Assembly (NCBI GenBank): GCA_050258555.1
Contig: JBLMZA010000159.1
Location: 1,906 to 65,905 of the forward strand
Source of the DNA: Acidobacteriota bacterium
Lineage (GTDB): Bacteria; Bacteroidota; Ignavibacteria; UBA10030; UBA8401
Direction of reading: 5' to 3'
Length of the DNA: 64,000 nt
The notes under the pieces are model-generated. The model did no database searches. It had not been told where the DNA came from and saw only the letters and a program-made list of their open reading frames with translations. Made by a program: the position numbers and the translations under genes. Below are positions 9,067 to 19,004 of the stretch, piece after piece (the first letter of the stretch is position 1; each line of letters starts with the position of its first letter).

Positions 9067-10140
9067 ATGAACGAAATCAATTCCAAGTTGAACCGCATCG
9101 GGGTCTTCTACGACGGCAATTATTTTCTCCATGTCAGCAATTACTATAATTATTTCCATCCGCGCCGGAGCCGGCTGAGCATCGCCGGACTCCATGAATT
9201 CATCGAAGGGCAGGTGGCGAAGGAAGAGGGCACCGAGAAACGCCTCTGCCAGATCGTCGATGCGCATTACTTCCGCGGACGGCTCAACGCGCAGGAGGCG
9301 AGTCAGCGGGGCAACCAGCTCTACAACGACCGCGTCTTCGACGACGTGCTCATGAGCGAGGGCGTGACGACGCATTATCTTCCCCTCAAGAGCCGCTCCG
9401 GCAAGAAGGAGGAGAAGGGCATCGACGTCTGGCTCGCGCTCGAAGCCTACGAGCTCGCGATCTACAAGCGCTTCAACGTGGTCGTGCTCATTACGTCCGA
9501 CGGCGACTATGTCCCCTTGGTGCGCAAGCTCAACACGATCGGGACGCGGGTGATGGTGCTTTCATGGGACTTCGAGTATACGGACGATTCGGGGCAGAAG
9601 ATGGTCACGCGCACGTCGCAGGATCTGCTCGACGAGGTGACGTATCCCGTTCTCATGCACCAGCTGATCGACGACCGTGTGAAGCGCAGCGACATGCTCG
9701 TGAACAATCTCTTCATGCAGACGGACGGCTACAGCGGCTCGCGCGAGTATCGTGCCGCCGAGTCGAAGCCGCAGGTGAACAGAGGAAAGATCCTCAGCAT
9801 CAAAAACGGCTACGGCTTCATTGCGCTCGTGCCCAATAATTTATTTTTCCATTATACGGACGTTGTCGAGGGCGATTTCAACGAGATGCGCGAAGGGGAT
9901 ACCGTCGAGTATACGATCGGGCGGAACACGCGCGGAGAGGATGTCGCAAAGAATGTCCGGTTTGTGGCAGAAGCCTCTCCGGCCGCAACCGACACGGCCG
10001 ACGCCGCGGAAGGCCAGGCGTCCCGGCCGGCGCTGCCTATGCTGAGGGCAAACGGCAGCCAGGAGGCCGGAGCCGTTCCTCCGCAGGACTCGTCCGTGGC
10101 GGAAGGGGAAGCCCCGGCCGAAGAATCGCCGAAAGAGTGA
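9067..10140 (+). CDS. NYN (LabA/DUF88, PIN-like) domain protein with C-terminal cold-shock domain
   Basis: FYDGNY, EKGIDV, ITSDGDYVPL acidic motifs; CSD GKILSIKNGYGFI...LFFHY...GDTVEY...AKNV; disordered tail. Confidence 0.88.
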   Translation: MNEINSKLNRIGVFYDGNYFLHVSNYYNYFHPRRSRLSIAGLHEFIEGQVAKEEGTEKRLCQIVDAHYFRGRLNAQEASQRGNQLYNDRVFDDVLMSEGVTTHYLPLKSRSGKKEEKGIDVWLALEAYELAIYKRFNVVVLITSDGDYVPLVRKLNTIGTRVMVLSWDFEYTDDSGQKMVTRTSQDLLDEVTYPVLMHQLIDDRVKRSDMLVNNLFMQTDGYSGSREYRAAESKPQVNRGKILSIKNGYGFIALVPNNLFFHYTDVVEGDFNEMREGDTVEYTIGRNTRGEDVAKNVRFVAEASPAATDTADAAEGQASRPALPMLRANGSQEAGAVPPQDSSVAEGEAPAEESPKE

Positions 10141-10148
10141 ATTTAGTG

Positions 10149-10177
10149 TTGCACTTCATGGGTTTTTCCCGTATATT
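10149..10177 (+). promoter_or_regulatory. sigma70-type promoter of rpmE
   Basis: TTGCAC-N17-TATATT. Confidence 0.7.
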
Positions 10178-10214
10178 GCCAAGTAGGATTTAATTTGATC
10201 ATTGGAGAGTTGAC

Positions 10215-10439
10215 ATGAAAAACGATATCCATCCGACATACAAACATGCTGTCGTTCAGTGTATCTGCGGAAACACGTTCGAAACCCGCTCCACCGTCGG
10301 CAACATTCACGTCGAAATCTGCTCAAACTGCCACCCGTTCTACACGGGCAAGCAGAAGCTGATCGATTCGGCAGGCCGCGTCGAGCGCTTCAACAAGAAA
10401 TACGGCAAAAAGGCCGCCCCTGCGGAAGCAGCGGTGTAA
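10215..10439 (+). CDS. rpmE: 50S ribosomal protein L31 (Zn-binding type)
   Basis: [35 protein letters not shown]. Confidence 0.97.
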   Translation: MKNDIHPTYKHAVVQCICGNTFETRSTVGNIHVEICSNCHPFYTGKQKLIDSAGRVERFNKKYGKKAAPAEAAV

Positions 10440-10469
10440 ATCGGCATGCGTGCGTGATGCGCGAAAAGC

Positions 10470-10505
10470 AACGGAATGTATCAACGATGCATTCCGTTTT
10501 TTTTC
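10470..10505 (+). terminator. Intrinsic terminator
   Basis: AACGGAATG...CATTCCGTT followed by a T-run. Confidence 0.75.
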
Positions 10506-10558
10506 GTACCTCATGTCCGGCGGCACTTTTCAACTACAGGCAGCGAAAGCACTGATGT

Positions 10559-11917
10559 ATGGACGGATTTGACGACAAGAAGGCGCTGTTTTCCGGCGTA
10601 CGCGGCACAGCGGTCAAAATATTGAACCGGGTCGAGCGGACCGACGCATATCTCGACAAGCTCCTCGATGCGGAACTCCGATCGTCCGACCTGAACGACC
10701 TAGACAAATCGCTTCTCACCGAGATCGTCACCGGCGTGCTCCGCTGGCAGATGAAATTGGACTGGGTGCTGAACGGCTTCTTCCACGGCAACTTTTCGAA
10801 AGCCGAAGTCACCGTGCGCAACGGACTCCGCACGGCGCTCTACCAGATCATGTTTCTGGACAAGATCCCGCATCATGCGGCGGTGAACGAGGCGGTGGAA
10901 TTCATCAAGCGCATACGCGGCGAAAAAGCCGGCAACCTCGTCAACGCCGTGCTCCGCACGATTCTCCGCAACCTCGACGGCATCCACTATCCCGATATCG
11001 CCAACGGTGCCGCCCAGTACCTTTCCGTGATGTACTCGCATCCGCTGTGGATGGTGCGCAGCTGGATGAACCGCTACGGCTACGCTGAAACGGAAAAGCT
11101 CCTGGCGGCGAACAACGCCAAGCCGCAGCTCACGCTCCGCATCAATACCGCCAAGACATCGATCGACCATTTCCTGGAGCTGCTGGCGCAGCAGAACATC
11201 GCCGTCGAGCGTTCGCGCTACATCGACACGTTCGTCAAGACGGCGACGCTGGCCAACCTTTCGCACACCGAACTCTTCCGGCAGGGATACGTTTCGGTGC
11301 AGGATGAAAGCGCCGGCATCGCCGCGTCGCTGCTCGATGCGCGGCCGGGCGAGCGGGTGATCGACCTCTGCGCCGCGCCCGGAGGCAAGACGACATTCAT
11401 CGGCGAGCGCATGCAGAACAAGGGCGTGATCGTGGCGGTCGACAAATACAGCACGCGGCTCGACCTGGTGCAGGAAAGCTGCGCCCGGCTCGGCATCACG
11501 AACGTGAAATGCGTCGCCGCCGACGGCGTCGAATTCGAAACGGAAGCGGCGGACAAGGTGCTGCTCGACGCGCCGTGCTCGGGCCTCGGCGTGCTCACGA
11601 AAAAGCCCGATGTGAAGATCAAGCGCGAGCAGAGCGATATCAGAAAGCTCGTCGAGATACAGCACCAGCTTATCGACCAGGCTTCATCGCTGGTGAAGCC
11701 GGGCGGCATGCTCATCTACAGCACATGCACGATCGAGCCCGACGAGAATTTTTCGGTGGTCCGGTGGTTCCTCCAGCGGCATCCGGAATTCGACATCGAC
11801 CATTCGATGCGGTCGGCGTACCCCGCGCTGATGCATGCAGACGGCTATATCGAAACATTTCCTTCGAAGCACGGCATGGACGGATCGTTTTCCATCAGGC
11901 TCCGAAAATCGTCCTGA
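10559..11917 (+). CDS. rsmB: 16S rRNA m5C967 methyltransferase (NusB + RsmB domains)
   Basis: NusB-like N-terminus (AAVNEAVE), YSHPLW, VQDES, DLCAAPGGKT, DAPCSG, YSTCT. Confidence 0.93.
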   Translation: MDGFDDKKALFSGVRGTAVKILNRVERTDAYLDKLLDAELRSSDLNDLDKSLLTEIVTGVLRWQMKLDWVLNGFFHGNFSKAEVTVRNGLRTALYQIMFLDKIPHHAAVNEAVEFIKRIRGEKAGNLVNAVLRTILRNLDGIHYPDIANGAAQYLSVMYSHPLWMVRSWMNRYGYAETEKLLAANNAKPQLTLRINTAKTSIDHFLELLAQQNIAVERSRYIDTFVKTATLANLSHTELFRQGYVSVQDESAGIAASLLDARPGERVIDLCAAPGGKTTFIGERMQNKGVIVAVDKYSTRLDLVQESCARLGITNVKCVAADGVEFETEAADKVLLDAPCSGLGVLTKKPDVKIKREQSDIRKLVEIQHQLIDQASSLVKPGGMLIYSTCTIEPDENFSVVRWFLQRHPEFDIDHSMRSAYPALMHADGYIETFPSKHGMDGSFSIRLRKSS

Positions 11918-11953
11918 GCGTTACTCACCTCTCCATCTCCTCAAAGGATTCTT

Positions 11954-13168
11954 ATGGACTACATCGAACTCGTACGCAGTGAACTCGGGCGTCTGCGCGA
12001 CGCCAACACATTCAAGATTGAAACTCCTCTTCAGTCGGCACAGTCCGGCGTCGTGACGGTCAAGGGCAAGGACGTCGTCATGATGGCTTCGAACAATTAT
12101 CTCGGCATGGCGAACCATCCCGCCGTGCGCAAGGCGGCGATCGAGGGCATCAGGGAATACGGATACGGCGTGGCCTCAGTGCGCTTCATCTGCGGAACGC
12201 AGGATATCCACCTCGAGCTTGAAAAGAAGATCTCGAAGTTCGTGGGCACCGAGGACACGATCCTCTTCTCGTCGTGCTTTGCGGCGAACGAGGGATTCTT
12301 CGCCTCGCTCACGAACGAGAAGCTCGGCTTCGAATCGTACAAGGACGTGATCTACACCGACCGCCTCAATCATGCCAGCATCATCGACGGCCAGCGCCTG
12401 TGCAAGACGGAAACCACCGACAAAAAGATCTACAATCATGCCGATATGGCCCACCTGCGCAGCCTGCTCGAAGAGGACAGGGAGAAGGACTACCGGCTGA
12501 AGATCATCGCCACCGACGGCGTCTTCAGCATGGAAGGAGACCTTGCGCCGCTCGACGAGCTCGTGGCGCTGGCCAACGAGTTTCAGGCCATCCTGTTCGT
12601 CGACGATTCGCACGCCATCGGCGTCTGCGGAAAGACGGGCAGGGGAACGCCCGAGCATTTCAATGTGCTGAAGAAAGTCGACGTCATCACCGGCACGCTC
12701 GGCAAGGCGATCGGCGGGGCCGCCGGCGGATACATCAGCGGAAAGAAGGAGCTGATCGCGTATCTTCGCCAGAAATCGCGGCCGTATACGTTTTCAAACT
12801 CGCTTCCGCCGGCAATCGTCATGGCCTGCATGGCCGCATTCGATCTGCTTTCGACCGACAAGTCGATCGTGACGCGCCTTCATGAGAACACCGCATATTT
12901 CCGGAAAGAGATCTCCGCGCTCGGCTTCAGGATTCTCGAGGGCACGCATCCGATCACGCCGATCATGCTCGGCGAGGCCTCGCTTGCGCAGGAGATGAGC
13001 ATGCAGCTGCTCAAAGCCGGCGTGTACATCAAGGGGCTCTGGTTCCCCGTGGTGCCGAAAGGCGAAGCCCGTCTGCGCGCGCAGGTATCGGCGTCGCTGT
13101 CGAAGAAGGATCTCGACCGCGCGCTCGACGCGTTCGAGCATGTCGGCAGGAAGCTTCACGTTATCTAA
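11954..13168 (+). CDS. kbl: Glycine C-acetyltransferase (2-amino-3-ketobutyrate CoA ligase)
   Basis: [44 protein letters not shown] (PLP Lys), [23 protein letters not shown]. Confidence 0.9.
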   Translation: MDYIELVRSELGRLRDANTFKIETPLQSAQSGVVTVKGKDVVMMASNNYLGMANHPAVRKAAIEGIREYGYGVASVRFICGTQDIHLELEKKISKFVGTEDTILFSSCFAANEGFFASLTNEKLGFESYKDVIYTDRLNHASIIDGQRLCKTETTDKKIYNHADMAHLRSLLEEDREKDYRLKIIATDGVFSMEGDLAPLDELVALANEFQAILFVDDSHAIGVCGKTGRGTPEHFNVLKKVDVITGTLGKAIGGAAGGYISGKKELIAYLRQKSRPYTFSNSLPPAIVMACMAAFDLLSTDKSIVTRLHENTAYFRKEISALGFRILEGTHPITPIMLGEASLAQEMSMQLLKAGVYIKGLWFPVVPKGEARLRAQVSASLSKKDLDRALDAFEHVGRKLHVI

Positions 13169-13183
13169 TGATGCTCCGTTCGT

Positions 13184-14326
13184 ATGCCAACTGCAAAACA
13201 GCGTTATCTTTTTATTGATCTTCTGCGCTTCACGGCCGTGATCGTGATGCTGCAGGGACACACATTCGATGCCCTGCTTTCGCCCGTCGTAAAGCAGGCA
13301 TCGCTTTTTTATATCCACGATTTCTTTCACGGCTTCGTTGCGCCGATGTTCCTGTTTGCCTCGGGCGTCGCATTCGGCGTCTCGACGATGAAAAAATGGG
13401 ATGTGCATTCCCATATGAGCCGGCCGGTGATGAAGCGCGTCGGACGCTTCATCGGTCTGATCATCATCGGCTACGCGCTCCATCTGCCGTTTTTCTCGCT
13501 GCCGAAGATCCTTTCCAGCGCCACGCCCGAACAGGTTGCATCGATGCTGCAGGTCGATGCGCTGCACTGCATCGCGCTCACGCTTCTGGCAGCGCAGCTG
13601 TCGGTGCTCGTCTGCGGCACTCCCCGGCGCCTTGTGGCCGGCGCCGCGGCGGTGGCGCTGTTCATCGCTTTTTCCGGTCCCGTGATCTGGAATCTTCCCC
13701 TCACGTCGTACATGCCACTGGCCGTCGCGTCGTATCTGAACGCGCAGAATCATTCCTGGTTCCCACTCGTGCCGTACTCGTCCTTCGTGCTCTTCGGCAT
13801 CGTGTATGCGTGGATGTTCCTGCAGGCGAAAGAGAAGCGGAAGACGGTGCTGTTCATGCAGCGCGGCGTCGTGACCGGCATGCTGCTGATCGGACTGGCG
13901 GTGCTGGCGGCGAACCTGCCGCTGACCATCTATGCGCCGCACGATTTCTGGAAGGTGAATCCCATCGTCATTGCGGCGCGGCTCGGATTTCTGCTCATCG
14001 CGGCAAGCAGTCTCTTTTTCGCCGAACAGATTATCCGCGTGCCTCCGAAGCTTCCGGCGATCATGGGGAGCGAATCGCTCTTCATCTACATCGTGCATCT
14101 GCTGATCATCTACGGCTCCGTGCTCAACAACGGCCTCCAGCAGATCTGGGGTCCGACGCTTTCGTTCTGGCAGGCGCTCGGCGTTTTCTTCGTCGTCTTC
14201 CTGGCGATGTCGGCCTTCGCGTACGCCTGGCATATCCTGAAAACGCGGTACAAGGGATGGGCGCTCTTTCTCCGCATCGCGATTGTCTGGCTCCTGGTGT
14301 TTTATTTCATTTCCCGTCCCTATTAA
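13184..14326 (+). CDS. DUF1624 / heparan-alpha-glucosaminide N-acetyltransferase-domain membrane protein (copy 1)
   Basis: RYLFIDLLRFTAVIVMLQGH; VAPMFLFASG; VDALHCI; FPLVPY; SLFIYIVHL; many TM helices. Confidence 0.8.
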   Translation: MPTAKQRYLFIDLLRFTAVIVMLQGHTFDALLSPVVKQASLFYIHDFFHGFVAPMFLFASGVAFGVSTMKKWDVHSHMSRPVMKRVGRFIGLIIIGYALHLPFFSLPKILSSATPEQVASMLQVDALHCIALTLLAAQLSVLVCGTPRRLVAGAAAVALFIAFSGPVIWNLPLTSYMPLAVASYLNAQNHSWFPLVPYSSFVLFGIVYAWMFLQAKEKRKTVLFMQRGVVTGMLLIGLAVLAANLPLTIYAPHDFWKVNPIVIAARLGFLLIAASSLFFAEQIIRVPPKLPAIMGSESLFIYIVHLLIIYGSVLNNGLQQIWGPTLSFWQALGVFFVVFLAMSAFAYAWHILKTRYKGWALFLRIAIVWLLVFYFISRPY

Positions 14327-14353
14327 CTATTTTCATTCTGTCTGCTGCCGTGT

Positions 14354-15496
14354 ATGAACAATAAAAAACCCCGCTACCAGTACATCGATCTGCTCCGCGG
14401 CTGGGCTGTGTTGGTGATGATTGAAGTGCATGTCGTCAATACGTTCCTGCTTCCCGAATCGCGTACAACTCCGTGGTTCACCGTGCTGAATTTCATCAAC
14501 GGCCTTGTGGCGCCGACGTTTCTGTTCGTGACGGGATATGCATTCGTGCTGGTGGCGCAGAGGAAATGGGACGACTATCTTGCCGGAAACCGCGTGCTCT
14601 TCAAACAGGTTGCCCGGATTCTCCAGATCTGGGCGGTGGGCTATGCGCTCCACCTGCCGGTTTTTTCATTCCGGCGGCTCATGAATGAAACGCAGCAGAT
14701 GTGGCTGCCGTTCTGGAAAGTGGATGTGCTGCACTGCATCGCGTTTTCGCTGCTGCTCCTGCTGGCGCTTGTCGTCGTGACGCGCCGGCAGAAGCTCTTC
14801 ATGGCCTGCGTGACCGTGATCGGGCTGGCGGTCATCTTCGTGACGCCGTTCACATGGACGATGAACATCGATGCATGGGCGCCGCTGCCGGCGGCCAATT
14901 ATTTCAATGCGCTGCACGGCTCTCTTTTTCCCGTACTGCCGTGGATGGGCTTTGTCTTCTTCGGCGGAATGGTCTCGTACGCGGTCGTGCATCTGCGACA
15001 AACAGTCGATCCATCGAAGATCTTTCTCGGCATCCTCACAATTGGCGCGGCGATGATCATCGTGAACGGCGTACTTTCGGTCATGCCGTTTGAAGTCTAT
15101 CCGCCGCATCACTACGGCCGCACGAGTCCGCTTTTTGTCTTCATCCGTCTCGGCATCGTGCTCATGCTGCTGTCGGCGATGTATTTCTGGGAGCAGGCCT
15201 CGAAGTCGAAGCCGTCGCTGGTGAGCACCGTCGGCGCGGAATCGCTCGTGGCGTACGCGTTCCATCTGCTGGTGATCTACGGCCTGTTCTTCGACAACAA
15301 GAGCCTGTCGTTCATGATCGGCAAGACGCGCACCGCGGGAGAAGTCGCGATGATGACCGCCGGACTCATCGCGGCCACCGTCGGCGTGTCGTTTGCCTGG
15401 AACCGGATCAAGCACACGAAACTCTTGTATGCGCGCATCGTGCAGTACTCGCTTCTTGCCGGCGTTTTGTATATCTTTTTGACAAAGACACAATGA
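14354..15496 (+). CDS. DUF1624 / heparan-alpha-glucosaminide N-acetyltransferase-domain membrane protein (copy 2)
   Basis: RYQYIDLLRGWAVLVMIEVH; VAPTFLFVTG; VDVLHCI; FPVLPW; SLVAYAFHL. Confidence 0.8.
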   Translation: MNNKKPRYQYIDLLRGWAVLVMIEVHVVNTFLLPESRTTPWFTVLNFINGLVAPTFLFVTGYAFVLVAQRKWDDYLAGNRVLFKQVARILQIWAVGYALHLPVFSFRRLMNETQQMWLPFWKVDVLHCIAFSLLLLLALVVVTRRQKLFMACVTVIGLAVIFVTPFTWTMNIDAWAPLPAANYFNALHGSLFPVLPWMGFVFFGGMVSYAVVHLRQTVDPSKIFLGILTIGAAMIIVNGVLSVMPFEVYPPHHYGRTSPLFVFIRLGIVLMLLSAMYFWEQASKSKPSLVSTVGAESLVAYAFHLLVIYGLFFDNKSLSFMIGKTRTAGEVAMMTAGLIAATVGVSFAWNRIKHTKLLYARIVQYSLLAGVLYIFLTKTQ

Positions 15497-15508
15497 GAAG
15501 GCGGACTG

Positions 15509-16762
15509 GTGATGAATGAATTGGACATGATCCTTTTGGCCGGGGGCGCCGCGCTCGGCGCGTTGATCGGATGGGCGTTTGCGCGCTTCCGCGCCCAGGC
15601 CGAAACGGCCCGGCTCGAGCTGGAGCATCAGAACGCGACGCTTGAGCTGCGCATGTCGCTGGCGAAGGCCGAAGCCGACACGTCGACCGCGTCGCAGACG
15701 CTCGTGCGTCAGAAGGAGGAGTTCGATGAACTGCGGCGCCAGTCGGAGGCGATGTTCAAAAATCTCGCCAACGACATCATGGAGGAAAAAAGCCGTCGCT
15801 TCGCGGAACAGAACAAGGCGAACCTGGCCGAGATCCTCGTGCCGTTCAGCGAGCGCATCAGGGATTTCGAGCGCACGGTGAGCGACGCGCAGCTGGCCGA
15901 CGCCAAGGAGCGCGCATCGCTCGTCGAACAGATCCGCAACCTGCATATGCTCAATCAGCAGATGTCGAAGGAGGCGAATAATCTGACCAATGCGCTCAAG
16001 GGGCAGACGAAGACGCAGGGCAACTGGGGCGAGTTTGTGCTCGAGCAGCTGCTCGAGCGCTCGGGACTGGTGAAGGGCAGGGAATACGCCGCGCAGCAGT
16101 CGTTGACCGACGCCGACGGACGGCGCTATCAGCCCGACATCATCGTGCACCTTCCCGATGCGAAACATCTGGTGATCGATTCGAAAGTGTCGCTCGTGGC
16201 CTACGAGCGCTACTGCAACGCCGATGCGGAAGAGGAAAAAGCGGAAGCGCTCAAGGAACATCTTGCCTCGATACGGCGGCATATGAAGGAGCTGAGCGAG
16301 AAGAATTATCATGCGCTCTACGGACTCCAGTCGCTCGATTTCGTCATCATGTTCGTGCCGGTCGAGCCGGCGTTCATCGAAGCGGTGAACAACGACAGCG
16401 CGCTCTTTTCCGACGCCTACGAACGGAATATCGTGATCGTCGCGCCTTCGCTGCTGCTTGCGACAATGCGGACGATCGCATCGATCTGGCGTCAGGAACG
16501 GCACAACACGCATGCCTCGGAAATCGCCCGGCAGGCCGGAGACCTCTACGACAAGTTCGTCGGCTTCTCGGAGGATCTGGCGCAGGTGGGGCGGCAGATC
16601 GACCAGGCCAAGAACTGCCACACCGAAGCGATGAAAAAACTCACCGAAGGACCAGGAAACATCGTGCGGAGGATAGAGCGCCTGAAGGCGCTCGGGGCGA
16701 AGGCAAACAAATCCATCTCGCGTCCGCTTCTGGACAGCGCGGACGAGGATCTGAACCAATGA
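15509..16762 (+). CDS. rmuC: DNA recombination protein RmuC
   Basis: N-terminal TM and coiled coil; KTQGNWGE, RYQPD, VIDSKVSL, DFVIMFVP. Confidence 0.93.
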   Translation: MMNELDMILLAGGAALGALIGWAFARFRAQAETARLELEHQNATLELRMSLAKAEADTSTASQTLVRQKEEFDELRRQSEAMFKNLANDIMEEKSRRFAEQNKANLAEILVPFSERIRDFERTVSDAQLADAKERASLVEQIRNLHMLNQQMSKEANNLTNALKGQTKTQGNWGEFVLEQLLERSGLVKGREYAAQQSLTDADGRRYQPDIIVHLPDAKHLVIDSKVSLVAYERYCNADAEEEKAEALKEHLASIRRHMKELSEKNYHALYGLQSLDFVIMFVPVEPAFIEAVNNDSALFSDAYERNIVIVAPSLLLATMRTIASIWRQERHNTHASEIARQAGDLYDKFVGFSEDLAQVGRQIDQAKNCHTEAMKKLTEGPGNIVRRIERLKALGAKANKSISRPLLDSADEDLNQ

Positions 16763-17751
16763 CACAGACTGGAAAAAAAATACGCTACGGCATTATCGGA
16801 TTCGGCGGCTTCGCCGAACGGGCGATCCTTCCCGCCATCCGTCTCTCCTGCAACTCGGAACTGGTGGCGATTCAGAAGCGGAGCATCGACGCCGCGCGGC
16901 AGAAGGCCGCCGAGTATCAGATTCCCTTGGCCTTCGACACGCCTGCGAAGCTTGCCGCATCTCCCGATGTCGATGCGGTCTTCATCGTCTCGGCGAATTC
17001 GGCGCATTGTGCCGAAACGCTCGCGGCGGCGGCGGCGAAAAAACATGTGATCGTCGAGAAGCCGATGGCGATGGATTCGGCCGAAGCCCGGCTGATGATC
17101 GACACCTGCCGCAGGGAAGGCGTGGTGTTCGCCGTCGCGCATATGCTCCGTTTCTCTCCGCTGCTCCAGCGCATGAAATCGCTCATCGCCTCGGGAGAGG
17201 TCGGGGAGCCGCGTTCGTTCCGTTCGGAATTCATTTATGACGCGTCGATCAGCAAGCGCTCGTGGCTGTTCGAACGCAAAGCCGCCGGCGGCGGTCCGAC
17301 GTATGACATCGCCGTGCACTGCCTCGACTCGCTGCGCTTCATTCTCGACGACGAAGTGGAAACGACGCACGGCCTGCTGAAGCCGAAGCCGACGGAGGAG
17401 CGGACCGAAGCATCGAGCCTTCTTTCGCTGCAGTTCACGCGCGGCACGATCGGGTCGATCTTCACGTCGTTTGAAACGCCCGTGCGCCGCTCGTTCATCG
17501 AGGTCGTCTGCGGCAAGGCCGTGCTCTCGGCGTATGATTTCACCGTCGGCAATTCTTCTCCGGTGCTGAAGATCGTCTGGGGCGAGGAAGGAAAGCCGAA
17601 GAAGACGGTCGAAGAGCATCTGTATGTCCCAGACTTGTACGAAAAGGAAATCACGCATCTGTCCGATTGCATTCTGAACGGGACGGAGCCGGTGATCGGC
17701 GGCGAGAACGGCCTGAAGAATCAGATCGTGCTCGATGCGGCCATGCATTGA
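16759..17751 (+). CDS. Gfo/Idh/MocA family oxidoreductase
   Basis: GIIGFGGFA Rossmann motif, HVIVEKPMA, GGGPTYDIAVH. Confidence 0.9.
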   Translation: MTQTGKKIRYGIIGFGGFAERAILPAIRLSCNSELVAIQKRSIDAARQKAAEYQIPLAFDTPAKLAASPDVDAVFIVSANSAHCAETLAAAAAKKHVIVEKPMAMDSAEARLMIDTCRREGVVFAVAHMLRFSPLLQRMKSLIASGEVGEPRSFRSEFIYDASISKRSWLFERKAAGGGPTYDIAVHCLDSLRFILDDEVETTHGLLKPKPTEERTEASSLLSLQFTRGTIGSIFTSFETPVRRSFIEVVCGKAVLSAYDFTVGNSSPVLKIVWGEEGKPKKTVEEHLYVPDLYEKEITHLSDCILNGTEPVIGGENGLKNQIVLDAAMH

Positions 17752-17849
17752 AGACGTTCGGCGCGGTCTGCAGCGCGGTGATGCGTTCACGGAATTTGTA
17801 TATTGGTGCAACGCGCAGTTCATTCGACGGACAGGAGAGGAGGAGGGAG

Positions 17850-18956
17850 ATGAAGCTCATCAGCACGATTGTCCTTGTCTGCAGTCTTGCCTTCGTGATG
17901 GCAGCCGAAGAGAAACATCTGCCGCTTGAAAAAATAACGCTTCCGCCGGGATTCAGCATATCGATCTATGCCCATGTGCCGAATGCACGGTCGATGACGC
18001 TCGGCGCGAAAGGAACGGTCTTTGTCGGCACGCGGGGCGACGACCGGGTCTTTGCGGTCGTCGATGCGGACAGGAACGGCAGCGCAGACCGGGTGGTCGA
18101 GATCGCCTCGGACCTCGATGCGCCGAACGGGGTCGCATTCCGGAACGGCGCGCTCTATGTCGCCGAATACAGCCGCATTCTGCGATTCGACCGCATCGAA
18201 GAGAATCTTGCGCATCCGCCGAAGCCGGTGGTGATCAACGATTCCTATCCGAAGGACAAGTCGCACGGATGGAAATTCATCGCCTTCGGTCCCGATGGAA
18301 AGCTGTATGTCCCTGTCGGCGCGCCGTGCAACATCTGCGAGGAGAAAGATCCGATCTATGCTTCGATCACGCGCTTGAATGCCGACGGCAGCGGCAGGGA
18401 GATTTTTGCGCGCGGCATACGCAACACGGTGGGCTTCGACTGGCACCCTCAGACGAAGGAATTGTGGTTCACGGAGAACGGCCGCGACAGGATGGGGGAT
18501 GATGTTCCGGCCGACGAACTGAACCGCGCGCCGAAATCCGGCATGCACTTCGGCTTTCCGTATATCCATCAGGGCGATCTGCCCGATCCGGAATACGGCA
18601 AAGGCAAAAACGCGCGCGACTACACCGCTCCGGCGCAGAAGCTCGGTCCGCATGTGGCCGCACTCGGCATGCGCTTTTACACCGGAACGATGTTTCCGGA
18701 GGAATACCGGAACCAGATATTCATCGCCGAGCACGGTTCGTGGAACCGGAGCACTCCGATCGGCTACCGCGTCATGCTCGTGAAGCTCAAGGGCGGCACG
18801 CCGGTCTCGTACACGCCGTTTGCGGAAGGCTGGCTCGACGGGCGACGCTCCTGGGGACGTCCGGTGGATGTGCTGTTGATGCCGGACGGCGCGCTGCTGG
18901 TTTCGGACGATCAGGCGGGGGTGATCTACCGGATCGCCTATTCAGGGCGGAAGTGA
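17850..18956 (+). CDS. PQQ-dependent glucose/sorbosone dehydrogenase family, secreted
   Basis: Signal peptide; HGWKFIAFGPDGKLY, VGAPCNIC, GIRNTVGFDW, ENGRD, AEHGSWNR, GRPVDV, SDDQAG. Confidence 0.9.
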   Translation: MKLISTIVLVCSLAFVMAAEEKHLPLEKITLPPGFSISIYAHVPNARSMTLGAKGTVFVGTRGDDRVFAVVDADRNGSADRVVEIASDLDAPNGVAFRNGALYVAEYSRILRFDRIEENLAHPPKPVVINDSYPKDKSHGWKFIAFGPDGKLYVPVGAPCNICEEKDPIYASITRLNADGSGREIFARGIRNTVGFDWHPQTKELWFTENGRDRMGDDVPADELNRAPKSGMHFGFPYIHQGDLPDPEYGKGKNARDYTAPAQKLGPHVAALGMRFYTGTMFPEEYRNQIFIAEHGSWNRSTPIGYRVMLVKLKGGTPVSYTPFAEGWLDGRRSWGRPVDVLLMPDGALLVSDDQAGVIYRIAYSGRK

Positions 18957-19004
18957 AGTGTATTTCAAACGAAGTTCAACCAATCACAGAATTCCAACGG
19001 ATCA

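Noticed and set aside
11954-13168. kbl without an adjacent tdh; considered BioF or serine palmitoyltransferase instead
   Set aside because: SVRFICGTQ and LRQKSRPY are Kbl signatures, and separation from tdh is common.
14666-16765. 699-aa minus-strand ORF and similar antisense or alternate-frame ORFs throughout (e.g. 5920-7518, 50783-52480, 58691-60040)
   Set aside because: They fully overlap well-supported genes and have no recognisable domains.
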